Part shown: positions 47,926 through 56,101 of the stretch, one piece after another
How positions within the stretch are numbered: the stretch's first letter is position 1
Layout of the letters: every line of letters begins with the position of its first letter
NCBI GenBank assembly: GCA_963842125.1
Contig: CAWJFE010000005.1
Location: 1,665,356-1,729,355 of the forward strand
Reading direction: 5' to 3'
Length of the DNA: 64,000 nucleotides
From: an uncultured Alphaproteobacteria bacterium
GTDB lineage: Bacteria > Pseudomonadota > Alphaproteobacteria > Rhizobiales > CAWCWK01
Program-made: the position numbers and the translations under genes
Notes under the pieces: model-generated
The model's database searches: none
Told to the model about the DNA's origin: nothing
What the model saw: the letters and a program-made list of their open reading frames with translations, nothing else

Positions 47926-47957
47926 CGAAAAAGCCCCGCTCATGGTGGGGCTTTTGG
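47926..47957 (-). terminator. bidirectional intrinsic terminator hairpin (best fit for ctrA)
   Basis: GAAAAAGCCCCGCTCATGGTGGGGCTTTTGG has GC stem GCCCC/GGGGC. An A5 run lies on one side (T5 on the minus strand) and T4 on the other. It sits 131 nt downstream of the ctrA stop, after repeat copy B. Confidence 0.6.
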
Positions 47958-47983
47958 TCGTCCGGACGATCGTGTCGTAGCGA

Positions 47984-48091
47984 CTAGGGCGTGTCCGGTT
48001 CCTATCCATTCACCGAACGCGCACTAGCGCTTCGTTTTTGCGCGGTTCCTTACGCTGCGGTGCTATCGCACCTCCGCTGGGACGGATCTAG
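47984..48091 (-). repeat. 108-nt CTAG-bounded intergenic repeat, copy B (inverted relative to copy A)
   Basis: Its reverse complement aligns without gaps to 29214..29321 (85 of 108 by my count). The terminal CTAG at 48088-48091 contains the ctrA TAG stop codon. Confidence 0.8.
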
Positions 48092-48789
48092 GCGGCGGAT
48101 TCGATCTCGGCGGCAGTGAGTTCGCGCAAGACGTACCCCCGTCCCCAGACGGTTTCGATGTAGTTCTGTCCGCCTGTGGCGGCCGAGAGCTTCTTACGGA
48201 GCTTGCAGATGAAGACGTCGATGATCTTCAGCTCCGGCTCGTCCATCCCGCCATAGAGATGGTTGAGGAACATCTCCTTGGTCAGCGTCGTGCCCTTGCG
48301 CAGGCTCAGAAGCTCCAGCATCTGGTACTCCTTGCCCGTCAGATGCACCCGCGCGCCTTGAACCTCCACCGTCTTGGTGTCGAGGTTCACCTTCAGCTCG
48401 CCCGTCTGGATGATCGACTGCGCATGGCCCTTCGAGCGCCGAACGATCGCGTTGATCCGCGCGATCAGCTCGTCCTTGTGAAAGGGCTTGGTGAGATAGT
48501 CGTCCGCGCCGAAGCCCAGCCCCCGCACCTTGTCCTCGATGCCCGCCATGCCCGACAGAATCAGGATCGGCGTCTCGATCTTGGCCCGGCGAAGGGACTT
48601 GAGGACCTCGTAGCCCGACATGTCCGGAAGGTTCAGGTCCAGAAGGATGATGTCGTAGTCGTAGAGCTTGCCGAGATCGATCCCTTCCTCGCCAAGGTCC
48701 GTCACATAGACGTTCAAGCTCTCCGATTTCAGCATCAGCTCAATCGACTGAGCTACCGCCGAATCGTCCTCAATCAGCAATACCCGCAT
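48088..48789 (-). CDS. ctrA: cell-cycle response regulator CtrA (OmpR family)
   Basis: Start re-placed at ATG 48789 (MRVLLIEDD..., 233 aa). Receiver domain with [12 protein letters not shown] and a winged-helix output. Highly CtrA-like throughout ([30 protein letters not shown]). Confidence 0.95.
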   Translation of the reverse strand: MRVLLIEDDSAVAQSIELMLKSESLNVYVTDLGEEGIDLGKLYDYDIILLDLNLPDMSGYEVLKSLRRAKIETPILILSGMAGIEDKVRGLGFGADDYLTKPFHKDELIARINAIVRRSKGHAQSIIQTGELKVNLDTKTVEVQGARVHLTGKEYQMLELLSLRKGTTLTKEMFLNHLYGGMDEPELKIIDVFICKLRKKLSAATGGQNYIETVWGRGYVLRELTAAEIESAA

Positions 48790-48902
48790 GACGGCCCTTC
48801 CCAGCGCCGGACCCGCAGCGGGTCCGATTAGCAAACTGCGTCGCGGCTAGGCGAAAGCGTACGGCCTTCACGAACCCACGTTCATCGACTGACAAGGTAA
48901 GG

Positions 48903-48917
48903 CCTTAACGGTAAACG
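48903..48917 (-). promoter_or_regulatory. GTTTACCGTTAAGG motif upstream of ctrA (candidate CtrA-type half-site cluster)
   Basis: The minus strand reads CGTTTACCGTTAAGG, ending 113 nt upstream of the ctrA ATG. It is related to the motif at 49073-49090 with a 4-nt shorter spacer. TTAA is rare in this GC-rich DNA. Confidence 0.3.
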
Positions 48918-49072
48918 AATCCTCAACCTCTGAGGCCGAACTAAGAACGATCTTTCAAACCACTGTAGGAAATAAGCTATTTTCTGCTTTATCAGTTTCG
49001 TTCGAGCAAATTGTAGCGCCCAGCGAGAGTGATTCGGGTTAGGCTACTCATCCGCAGGTTGTCGGCGCCATG

Positions 49073-49090
49073 GTTTACCACCCGTTAAAG
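49073..49090 (+). promoter_or_regulatory. GTTTACCACCCGTTAAAG motif upstream of fliI (TTTA-N7-TTAA, one mismatch from the TTAA-N7-TTAA CtrA box)
   Basis: Read directly; ends 62 nt upstream of the fliI ATG. Contains the 13-mer TACCACCCGTTAA (49076-49088), which recurs at 55963-55975. Confidence 0.35.
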
Positions 49091-49151
49091 CGGACTCGAT
49101 AGCGTAGGCCAACACGGTCACCTCTCGGCCGCGTGGGAGTGGGGAACAGTC

Positions 49152-50537
49152 ATGATACGCCCAGAGGCGCGCCGGACCTCTCGGCTTTCAGCACTGACGG
49201 ACGAGATCGCCGGTATCCCTACAGCGCGGTCCTTCGGCCGCGTCGCCGCCATTCGCGGCGCAAGGGTCGAGATCGTCGGGCCGCTTTCCAAGCTGCGGCT
49301 CGGCAGCCGGATCGAGCTACCCGGAGACGAGGAAGACGCGGTCTGTGAGGTCGTGGGCTTCGACAAGGGCCGCGCCGTCTGTCTCCCCATCACCCCGCTG
49401 GAGGGCATCAGCATCGGTGCGGACGCCATATTCGGGTCCGACCAGTCGGCCCGCATCGCGCCGCACGATTCGTGGCTCGGCCGCGTGATCGACGCGCAAG
49501 GCAGACCGACCGATGGCAAGGGACCGCTCCGAGCCGGACCGGTTCACCAGCCGCTGCGAACCCCTCCCCCGCCCGCCCAGTCGAGAGGCCGCCTCGGAGA
49601 GCGCCTCACGCTCGGCGTCGCCGCGCTCGACGTCTTCGCCGCCTGCTGCAGGGGCCAGCGCCTCGGCATCTTCGCCGGTTCGGGGGTCGGCAAGTCCGTC
49701 CTTCTCTCCATGCTGGCGCGAAACGCCAAGGCCGACGTCATCGTGCTCGGTCTCATCGGCGAGCGCGGACGCGAGGTGCGCGAGTTCATCGAGGAGACGC
49801 TCGGTGCGGACGGCCTCGCCCGATCCGTCGTCATCGTCGCCACGTCGGATGAGCCCGCCCTCGCCCGCCGACGCGCGAGCCATATGGCCATGGCAATCGC
49901 CGAACATTTTCGCGACGAGGGCAAGGACGTGCTCCTCCTCATGGACAGCCTGACCCGCTTTGCGCAGGCACAGCGCGAGATCGGCCTGGCCTGCGGCGAG
50001 CCGCCAACGGCGAAAGGCTATACGCCCTCGGTCTTCTCCGAGCTCGCGCAGCTCGTCGAGCGCGCAGGCCCCGGCCCGATCGGCACGGGCTCGATCACCG
50101 GGCTCTTCAGCGTCCTCGTCGATGGCGACGACATGAACGAGCCGGTGGCCGACGCCGCGCGGGGCACGCTCGACGGTCATATCGTCATGGAGCGCGCCAT
50201 CGCCGAGCGCGGGCGCTATCCGGCGATCAACGTCCTCAAATCCGTCAGCCGCACCATGCCAGGCTGCATTCCGGCAGCGCGCTGGCCGGACGTGCAACGC
50301 GCCAAGGCCATCATGGCCTGCTTTGCAGACATGGAAGAGATGATCCGCATCGGCGCCTACAAGAAGGGCTCAAGCCCCGAGGTCGACGAATCGATCCGCC
50401 TCAACCCCGGTTTCGAGGCCCTGCTCGCGCAGTCCCCCGATGTGGCGACTGAACCCGAGGCCATGTTCGACGCTTTGCGCGCGTTGATACAGCCTGTGGA
50501 AACATCGGAAACCAATACGAAAGAGTCCGCGGCCTAA
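49152..50537 (+). CDS. fliI: flagellum-specific ATPase FliI
   Basis: 461 aa with Walker A GSGVGKS and Walker B LLLMDS. F1/T3SS-ATPase-like throughout. Divergent from ctrA. Confidence 0.95.
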   Translation: MIRPEARRTSRLSALTDEIAGIPTARSFGRVAAIRGARVEIVGPLSKLRLGSRIELPGDEEDAVCEVVGFDKGRAVCLPITPLEGISIGADAIFGSDQSARIAPHDSWLGRVIDAQGRPTDGKGPLRAGPVHQPLRTPPPPAQSRGRLGERLTLGVAALDVFAACCRGQRLGIFAGSGVGKSVLLSMLARNAKADVIVLGLIGERGREVREFIEETLGADGLARSVVIVATSDEPALARRRASHMAMAIAEHFRDEGKDVLLLMDSLTRFAQAQREIGLACGEPPTAKGYTPSVFSELAQLVERAGPGPIGTGSITGLFSVLVDGDDMNEPVADAARGTLDGHIVMERAIAERGRYPAINVLKSVSRTMPGCIPAARWPDVQRAKAIMACFADMEEMIRIGAYKKGSSPEVDESIRLNPGFEALLAQSPDVATEPEAMFDALRALIQPVETSETNTKESAA

Positions 50538-50606
50538 TAATCATGCTGGTTGACGGTACGCCCCGCCGGGGTGCCGCACACGTGTTGCGTTAGGGGAGTG
50601 ACAACC

Positions 50607-51011
50607 ATGAAGTCTCGCGGGAGCCTCACACGGCTACACAAGTTCCAGGTCGACGAACGGCGCCGGCAGGTCGTTCAGATCGAGACGATGATCGACGACT
50701 TCAAGCGGATGATCGACGACCTCGACAACCAGATCGTCAGCGAGCAGGACCGCGTCGGCATTCACGACGTGACCCATTTCGCCTACCCGACCTTCGCCAA
50801 GGCGGCGATGACGCGGCGCGACAACCTTCGCACCAGCCTCGCCGATCTCGACGCTCAGCTCGCCGCAGCGCGCGCGTCCCTTGCCGAGGCGTTCGAGGAG
50901 CTCAAGAAGGTCGAGCTTCTCGAAGGCCGCGATGCGGATCGCACCGCGAAGGAAGACGCAAAGGCCGAGCAGGACGAACTGGATGCCGTCGCCGCCAAGA
51001 TGGTCGGTTAG
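50607..51011 (+). CDS. fliJ: flagellar export protein FliJ
   Basis: Start re-placed at ATG 50607 (GGGGAG 9 nt upstream), giving 134 aa. Predicted all-helical, charged coiled coil directly after fliI. Confidence 0.7.
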   Translation: MKSRGSLTRLHKFQVDERRRQVVQIETMIDDFKRMIDDLDNQIVSEQDRVGIHDVTHFAYPTFAKAAMTRRDNLRTSLADLDAQLAAARASLAEAFEELKKVELLEGRDADRTAKEDAKAEQDELDAVAAKMVG

Positions 51012-51078
51012 CGCTTCGGCGGCTCCGTCGACCAGCGGCACCTCGCCCGCCACGAAGCCTCCGTGGAGGCGGCGCAAG

Positions 51079-51107
51079 CCGACCACGTCTGAGTGATCGG
51101 TTTTTTT
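51079..51107 (+). terminator. intrinsic terminator after fliJ
   Basis: CCGACCAC-GTCTGA-GTGATCGG hairpin (7 of 8 pairs) followed immediately by TTTTTTT. Confidence 0.65.
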
Positions 51108-51149
51108 GCGTCTTGTGAGGCCTATCCAAGATGACGACGTGGCGTGACG

Positions 51150-51596
51150 TCAGACGGGGGCGACGCGCAGGCGCGTTCCCTCGACGGCAACGACTTCGAC
51201 GGTAGCGCCTGCCGGCAGATCTGGGCCGTCCACGGCCCAGGATCCGTCACCGATTCGCAGGCGCCCTCGGCCACCTATGATCGGTTCCTCCAGCGTGTAG
51301 CGAGTGCCAACGAGGCGCTGCGCGCCGGTGTTCAGCGTGGGGTCGTCGCTCTCCTCGTCGCCAGCGAAGCGGCGGCGGGCTTCATAGGCGGCAACGGCCG
51401 CGAGGACCGCGAATACGACGATCTGACCCGCCCACGGCATCGCCACGACGAAGGTCAGAGCGCCCGTCGCCAGCGCGGCCAGGCCGAACCACAGCATGAA
51501 CGCGCCCGGAACCACGATCTCCAACGCCACCAGAACGAGCCCGAGGACAATCCAGGCCCATGGGCCCAAGGCGAAGAGATCGGAGAGCGCATCCAT
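51150..51596 (-). CDS. NfeD family membrane protein
   Basis: 148 aa with an N-terminal hydrophobic region and a C-terminal OB-like soluble domain. Lies 6 nt downstream of its usual SPFH partner. Confidence 0.8.
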   Translation of the reverse strand: MDALSDLFALGPWAWIVLGLVLVALEIVVPGAFMLWFGLAALATGALTFVVAMPWAGQIVVFAVLAAVAAYEARRRFAGDEESDDPTLNTGAQRLVGTRYTLEEPIIGGRGRLRIGDGSWAVDGPDLPAGATVEVVAVEGTRLRVAPV

Positions 51597-51602
51597 CGTT
51601 CG

Positions 51603-52676
51603 TCAGAGCGCCCCGCTCGGAGAGATGGGCGGAACGGTTCCGGCGGGACGCACGGCGGTGCCGAGCGCGGCCATCTCCGACGTGGTGGAGGAGGCCGATG
51701 GCGTTGGCAATGTGGGCTGCGCTGGCGGCGTAGGTTGGGACGACCCGCCACCCGAGAAGGCCTCACGCGCGATCTCGGCAACGCCGGATAGCGCGCCCAT
51801 GGCGGCGGAGGCGTCGAGCGGCATGATAAGGACCTTCTGGTTCGGCGCGCTCGCGAGCGCCTGCAGCGCATCGAGATATTTCTCGGCAACGAAATAGTTC
51901 ACCGCCTGACTGCCGCCCTTCCCGATCGCCTCGGAGAGTACGATGGTCGACTTGGCGTCGGCCTCGGCCTTGCGCTCGCGCGCCTCGGCCTCGCGAAAGG
52001 CGGCCTCGCGCAGACCCTCGGCTTCGAGGATACGGGCCTGCTTCAATCCCTCGGCTTTGAGGATCTCCGACTGGCGCATGCCCTCCGATTCGAGGATCGA
52101 GGCGCGCTTCTCGCGCTCGGCCTTCATTTGCCGGCCCATGGACTGGACGAGATCGCGCGGCGGCTCGATGTCCTTGATCTCGATGCGCGTCATCTTCACG
52201 CCCCAGGGCTGCGTCGCATCGTCGACGACGGCGAGGAGGCGATGGTTGATGACGTCGCGGTTGGAAAGCAGTTCGTCGAGATCCATCGATCCCATGACCG
52301 TGCGGATATTCGTCATCGTGAGGTTGAGGATCGCGTTCTCGAGCCCCATCACCTCGTAGGCGGCCTTGGCGGCGTCGAGGACCTGGTAGAAGACGACGCC
52401 GTCTACCGTGATGGTCGCATTGTCGCGGGTGATGACCTCCTGGGAGGGCACGTCCAGCACCTGCTCCATCATCGAGACCCGCGCGCCCACGCGGTCGAGA
52501 AACGGTACGACGAGGTTGAGACCCGGCTTGAGGCTGCGCCGATAGCGGCGGAAACGTTCGACCGTATAGTTGTAGCCCTGCGGCACCGTCTTGATGCCGG
52601 CGAGGAGGACGATGATCACGAAGATCGCGAAGACGATCGGCACGATGTTCGCGGCGAGAAACGGCAGGTTGTCCAC
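51603..52676 (-). CDS. SPFH/band-7 (stomatin-like) protein
   Basis: 357 aa with an N-terminal TM segment, an SPFH core (VPQGYNYTVERFRRY..., ITRDN, VKMTRIEIKDI) and a coiled-coil EAE-rich region. Confidence 0.9.
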   Translation of the reverse strand: MDNLPFLAANIVPIVFAIFVIIVLLAGIKTVPQGYNYTVERFRRYRRSLKPGLNLVVPFLDRVGARVSMMEQVLDVPSQEVITRDNATITVDGVVFYQVLDAAKAAYEVMGLENAILNLTMTNIRTVMGSMDLDELLSNRDVINHRLLAVVDDATQPWGVKMTRIEIKDIEPPRDLVQSMGRQMKAEREKRASILESEGMRQSEILKAEGLKQARILEAEGLREAAFREAEARERKAEADAKSTIVLSEAIGKGGSQAVNYFVAEKYLDALQALASAPNQKVLIMPLDASAAMGALSGVAEIAREAFSGGGSSQPTPPAQPTLPTPSASSTTSEMAALGTAVRPAGTVPPISPSGAL

Positions 52677-52802
52677 GGCGGCGGCCTCGGGCTAGGCGGG
52701 CCCCGGCAGCGGGGCGCATCGGGTGGCGAATAGCGCGGCCCAACCCGGCCCGCAACCGGACGGCGCCGCGGCCGTGCCGCCCGGCCCCGTCACACCCGTT
52801 GG

Positions 52803-53432
52803 CTAGCTGACCTTCTCGACGCAGAGCGCAGAGCGGGGGCGATAGGCGAAGGTGTGTTCCAGCGTTCGCGTCGTGTCGAAGATCTCGGTAAGGAACATGA
52901 CCTCCTTCTTGAGCGTGACGGTCGCGACGACGGCGCAACCGGCCTGATCGGCGACGATGAGATCCGGATCGATGGTAAACGATTCACCGTCCGCCGGAGC
53001 GGCCTTGTTGTGTCCCTGGCTCCAGACGACCGTCGAGTTACCCTTGTCGTCGATCTCGACACTGGTGACGAGCATCTTGAGTTTCGTGCCTTGCCCGTCC
53101 GGGTAGGTGATCGCCATGCCGCCCTTGAAGATGCCCTCTACGACTTCTTTCGTCACCTTGCGCTGCCGTGCGACGAGATCGGCGATGGAGTTGGCCGCGA
53201 TCGCGACGCGGCGGTCCGACGCGCTGGCGAAGGTCAGCTCGGTCGTCCCCAACCAGAGCGTGACCATGACGGGCATGATCATGCCGAACTCGATAGCGGC
53301 GACACCGCGCCGGTCGGCGAGGAAGCGACGAAGGGGGCGGAAAACGCCGCCGGTCGGCACAGTGGAGGACGGTTCGGCTAGCGACCGCGTCATGCGCGCG
53401 ACCCAGCCTTGGCCTGAGAAGCGATCGGTCAT
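52803..53432 (-). CDS. TadE/TadG-family pilus assembly protein (pseudopilin-like)
   Basis: 209 aa with the TadE-like N-terminal motif RRGVAAIEFGMIMPVMV. ATGA overlap with the upstream TadE-like gene. Confidence 0.75.
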   Translation of the reverse strand: MTDRFSGQGWVARMTRSLAEPSSTVPTGGVFRPLRRFLADRRGVAAIEFGMIMPVMVTLWLGTTELTFASASDRRVAIAANSIADLVARQRKVTKEVVEGIFKGGMAITYPDGQGTKLKMLVTSVEIDDKGNSTVVWSQGHNKAAPADGESFTIDPDLIVADQAGCAVVATVTLKKEVMFLTEIFDTTRTLEHTFAYRPRSALCVEKVS

Positions 53433-54058
53433 TCGTAGGGCTCGTTCTGGAAGACGAGAGCGGATGTCAGGAGGAGCGATCCATCGGTCAGGCGCGCAGG
53501 AGATTCGGTGAACACCGGCGCTATCGGCTTACGCTTGTAGAACGTGCGCGCGACGATGATCGATGAAGCCCCGCCGACGTCGTATTGCATGTCGGTATTG
53601 TAGTCTCCGTCCTCGTCGAGAGGTGGAGGCGGGTCTATGGATTCGAATGTCGGGTAGGTTCGAATATCGACATGCAGCGCATTGGCGCAGTCGTAAAGAA
53701 GGACGGCTTCCTTGCAGAGCGCGTCGATGAAGCCGGCCTTCGAGCCCATCGACGAGCCGGGCGCCTTCACCTCTCCGGTCCGGATCTGGCGGGAGACGTT
53801 GTCCATGGCGAGCTGCATGGATTGATTGCTGAGAAAGGTGAGTGCGACTTCGAAGAGGGCAAGGAGACCGAAGAGGAAGGGGCCTGCGATGAACCCCATC
53901 TCGATGGCGGTCGCACCGTTTTCGTCGCGCCGGAATGGTCTCAGCGCGGCGATGCTGAACCCGCCGCGACGACGGCTACGGGTGGCGTCGCTCGCTACAA
54001 TGGGCGATTTCTGCGCGACGCTGCTTAGCGACAGCGGCATGATAGAACCCCAGAACAC
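53429..54058 (-). CDS. TadE/TadG-family pilus assembly protein (pseudopilin-like)
   Basis: 209 aa (alternative ATG at 54040) with the TadE-like motif ENGATAIEMGFIAGPFLF. Confidence 0.75.
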   Translation of the reverse strand: MFWGSIMPLSLSSVAQKSPIVASDATRSRRRGGFSIAALRPFRRDENGATAIEMGFIAGPFLFGLLALFEVALTFLSNQSMQLAMDNVSRQIRTGEVKAPGSSMGSKAGFIDALCKEAVLLYDCANALHVDIRTYPTFESIDPPPPLDEDGDYNTDMQYDVGGASSIIVARTFYKRKPIAPVFTESPARLTDGSLLLTSALVFQNEPYE

Positions 54059-54166
54059 CGTTTCACTCCGGGAGCCTAGGACGAAGAGCTTAAAGGCGGC
54101 TTACGGGATTCGAATCGATACGCAGCGATGCCTGCCAAGCCGCGGCCGGCCTAGGCTGAGGGCGCT

Positions 54167-54670
54167 CTATTCCGAGGTCGACAGACCGATACGCTCGCCG
54201 ATCTGGCCCGCGATGCGCGAGAAGCTCTCCGTATCGTCGCCGAGGATCGGCGCCTTCTCGCAGTCGGGCGTGCAGGAATAGGAGGTGCGCGCGGTCGAGC
54301 GATGCATCGTCACGATATGAGGGGCCGTCACGCTCGACTGGACGGTCAGCTGCGTGTTGAGCACTTCGTGGCCGTTCGTATCGAGCACGATGATGTTGGT
54401 GATGCCGAAGCTGCGGCCGGTCAGAATGAGCGTCTCGGCATCCTGAACGGACGCGTCCGCGATGAGGGGATTGCCGAGTATGATCGTTCCTGCCGGACGC
54501 GACAGGCGAAGGACGGTCGCCTGATCGATAGCGAGGGCGACCGCGCCGGCGGCTTGTGCCACGCCCGCACCCCCACCCGGGAGCGGCAGCACCGCCACCG
54601 CGCCTAGGAACAAGGCCGAGAGAGAAATGCGCGCCGCCGCGCGTATCGTCGAAATGAGCGGAAGCGTCAT
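54167..54670 (-). CDS. pilus-formation N-terminal-domain protein (CpaC N-domain-like)
   Basis: 167 aa with a signal sequence. The region AIDQATVLRLSRPAGTIILGNPLIADASV...LILTGRSFGITNIIVLD resembles the secretin N-terminal pilus-formation domain. Confidence 0.6.
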   Translation of the reverse strand: MTLPLISTIRAAARISLSALFLGAVAVLPLPGGGAGVAQAAGAVALAIDQATVLRLSRPAGTIILGNPLIADASVQDAETLILTGRSFGITNIIVLDTNGHEVLNTQLTVQSSVTAPHIVTMHRSTARTSYSCTPDCEKAPILGDDTESFSRIAGQIGERIGLSTSE

Positions 54671-54764
54671 GGAGCGTCTGTCTCCGGCCTGTAAGAGTAC
54701 CTGACCGCGCGATTCGATGGGGTCGGGCGAAGAAAACCTAGGTCGCGGATACTATGGAGCACTG

Positions 54765-54774
54765 TGGTTAACGC
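54765..54774 (+). promoter_or_regulatory. TGGTTAACGC motif in the flp promoter region (reverse complement GCGTTAACCA contains a TTAACCA CtrA half-site-like core)
   Basis: Read directly. An identical 10-mer occurs at 56010-56019 upstream of cpaB, in the same orientation relative to the downstream gene. Confidence 0.3.
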
Positions 54775-55016
54775 TCTCGAAAGACCGGCACTATCGCGCT
54801 ATGTGGTTGATCTCTAGCGTTTTTCTCGCCGGAAAGCAGGACGGTGAATCCCTGTACTATCCACTCAAGACTTCGTTCACGGCGTTCCTTAGGTCCCGCG
54901 CAACCCGGCAACGGCAGTGTGGCATGGAGCTTCGGGGCACACCTGAGGCCAGGTGGCCTGCGCGGTGTATGAAGAGCCGCGGCCGACCTCAAACTAGTAA
55001 AGCGTGGAGAGTCAAA

Positions 55017-55199
55017 ATGACCATGATCAAGAACTTCATCCGTGACGAATCTGGTGCGACGGCGATCGAGTACGGCCTTATGGCCTCCCTGATCGCCCTC
55101 CTGATCATCGGCGCGGTCACTGCCATCGGTGGCAAGCTTGAGGACGTGTTCCAGGCCATCAACGGCGGTCTCAACACCACGGTGGGCAGCGCCACCTAA
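55017..55199 (+). CDS. flp: Flp family type IVb pilin
   Basis: Start re-placed at ATG 55017 (GGAGAG upstream), giving 60 aa. Flp processing motif G/ATAIEYGL is followed by the hydrophobic stretch MASLIALLIIGAV. Confidence 0.85.
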   Translation: MTMIKNFIRDESGATAIEYGLMASLIALLIIGAVTAIGGKLEDVFQAINGGLNTTVGSAT

Positions 55200-55253
55200 G
55201 GCGAAACGCCTCCGGCAACCGGGCGCCCCGCACTGTGGCGCTCGGTCTTCTTT

Positions 55254-55298
55254 CAACGGGCAGCCGCTTGTCGAAGTGGTTGCCCGTTGTCGTTTGTG
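55254..55298 (+). terminator. strong hairpin after flp (terminator/attenuator candidate)
   Basis: CAACGGGCAGCC-N12-GGTTGCCCGTTG forms a 12-bp stem with one G-U pair, followed by TCGTTTGTG, a weak U-tract. Confidence 0.5.
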
Positions 55299-55385
55299 AA
55301 TGCCTTGGCCCCTCCGTTTAAGACTGCCTAAGGGCGGTTCGCGGTACGCTTTCAGAAGGCTCTCTCGTTCCTGTAGGAATTCGTC

Positions 55386-55886
55386 ATGCTGTCGATAGTG
55401 GTCCTCTATTCACTCCCGATCCTCATGTTGACGGCGGCGATGAGCGACCTCGCTCGCTACACGATTCCCAATTGGATCAGCATCGCTCTTATCGCGGCCT
55501 TCGCCGTGGCAGCGCCGCTATCTGGACTCGGCATGGCGGCCATCGGCCAACATATCGGCATCGGCTTCGCCGCGCTGCTCGTCGGCTTCACGCTCTTTCA
55601 GTTCGGCTATGTCGGCGGCGGGGACGCGAAGCTGTTCGCGGCCGGGGCGCTCTGGTTCGGTCTGGATGGTATCGCGGTCTATGCCCTCGCCATGGGCATG
55701 GCCGGCGGCATGCTCTGCCTCGTCATCCTCGTCTATCGCGCAATGCCCCTCCCGGTCGCCTCGGTCGGTTGGCTCGGTGCTCTACACGATAAGGCGAACG
55801 GCATCCCCTACGGCGCCGCCATCGCGTTCGGCGCCATCGCCGCGCTGCCTCACACGGCCTGGATGACGATTGCGTTCGCATCCTAG
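55386..55886 (+). CDS. cpaA: A24-family prepilin peptidase CpaA
   Basis: 166 aa, polytopic, with the GGGDAKL active-site Asp context. Confidence 0.85.
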   Translation: MLSIVVLYSLPILMLTAAMSDLARYTIPNWISIALIAAFAVAAPLSGLGMAAIGQHIGIGFAALLVGFTLFQFGYVGGGDAKLFAAGALWFGLDGIAVYALAMGMAGGMLCLVILVYRAMPLPVASVGWLGALHDKANGIPYGAAIAFGAIAALPHTAWMTIAFAS

Positions 55887-55960
55887 TCGAAGAAAACCCG
55901 GCGCGGTTGCTCGGCATTCCGTCGCGATTTCAAAGTGAAACATCCCATACCCGCAGATTT

Positions 55961-55978
55961 CGTACCACCCGTTAACGG
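55961..55978 (+). promoter_or_regulatory. CGTACCACCCGTTAACGG motif upstream of cpaB
   Basis: Contains the 13-mer TACCACCCGTTAA (55963-55975), identical to 49076-49088 upstream of fliI, plus the palindrome CCGTTAACGG. It lies about 127 nt upstream of the cpaB ATG. Confidence 0.3.
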
Positions 55979-56009
55979 CGTTTTGAGGTTTCTCACGTCT
56001 TAATCGGCT

Positions 56010-56019
56010 TGGTTAACGC
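56010..56019 (+). promoter_or_regulatory. TGGTTAACGC motif upstream of cpaB
   Basis: Identical 10-mer to 54765-54774, located 83 nt upstream of the cpaB ATG. Confidence 0.3.
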
Positions 56020-56101
56020 GCCGCCAACGCGTCCGTCCGCTCTTTGCAGATGGTTCGCGGGCCTATCCGGCGGTGCGTGGGAACGGGCTGGGGTGAATGC
56101 C

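Noticed and set aside
47679-47987. 102-aa ORF in the spacer between the pseudo-receiver gene and ctrA
   Set aside because: It is built from the palindromic repeat units and the terminator hairpin (VILGLRPENPG..., Arg-rich), with no ribosome-binding site. It is a repeat-derived artefact.
48790-49151. GANTC (CcrM) sites at 48917, 49031 and 49093 as evidence of methylation control of ctrA, and a perfect TTAA-N7-TTAA CtrA box
   Set aside because: Three GANTC sites in 362 bp is close to the chance expectation for an AT-richer spacer. No perfect TTAA-N7-TTAA box exists, only one-mismatch or half-site versions, which are reported separately at low confidence.
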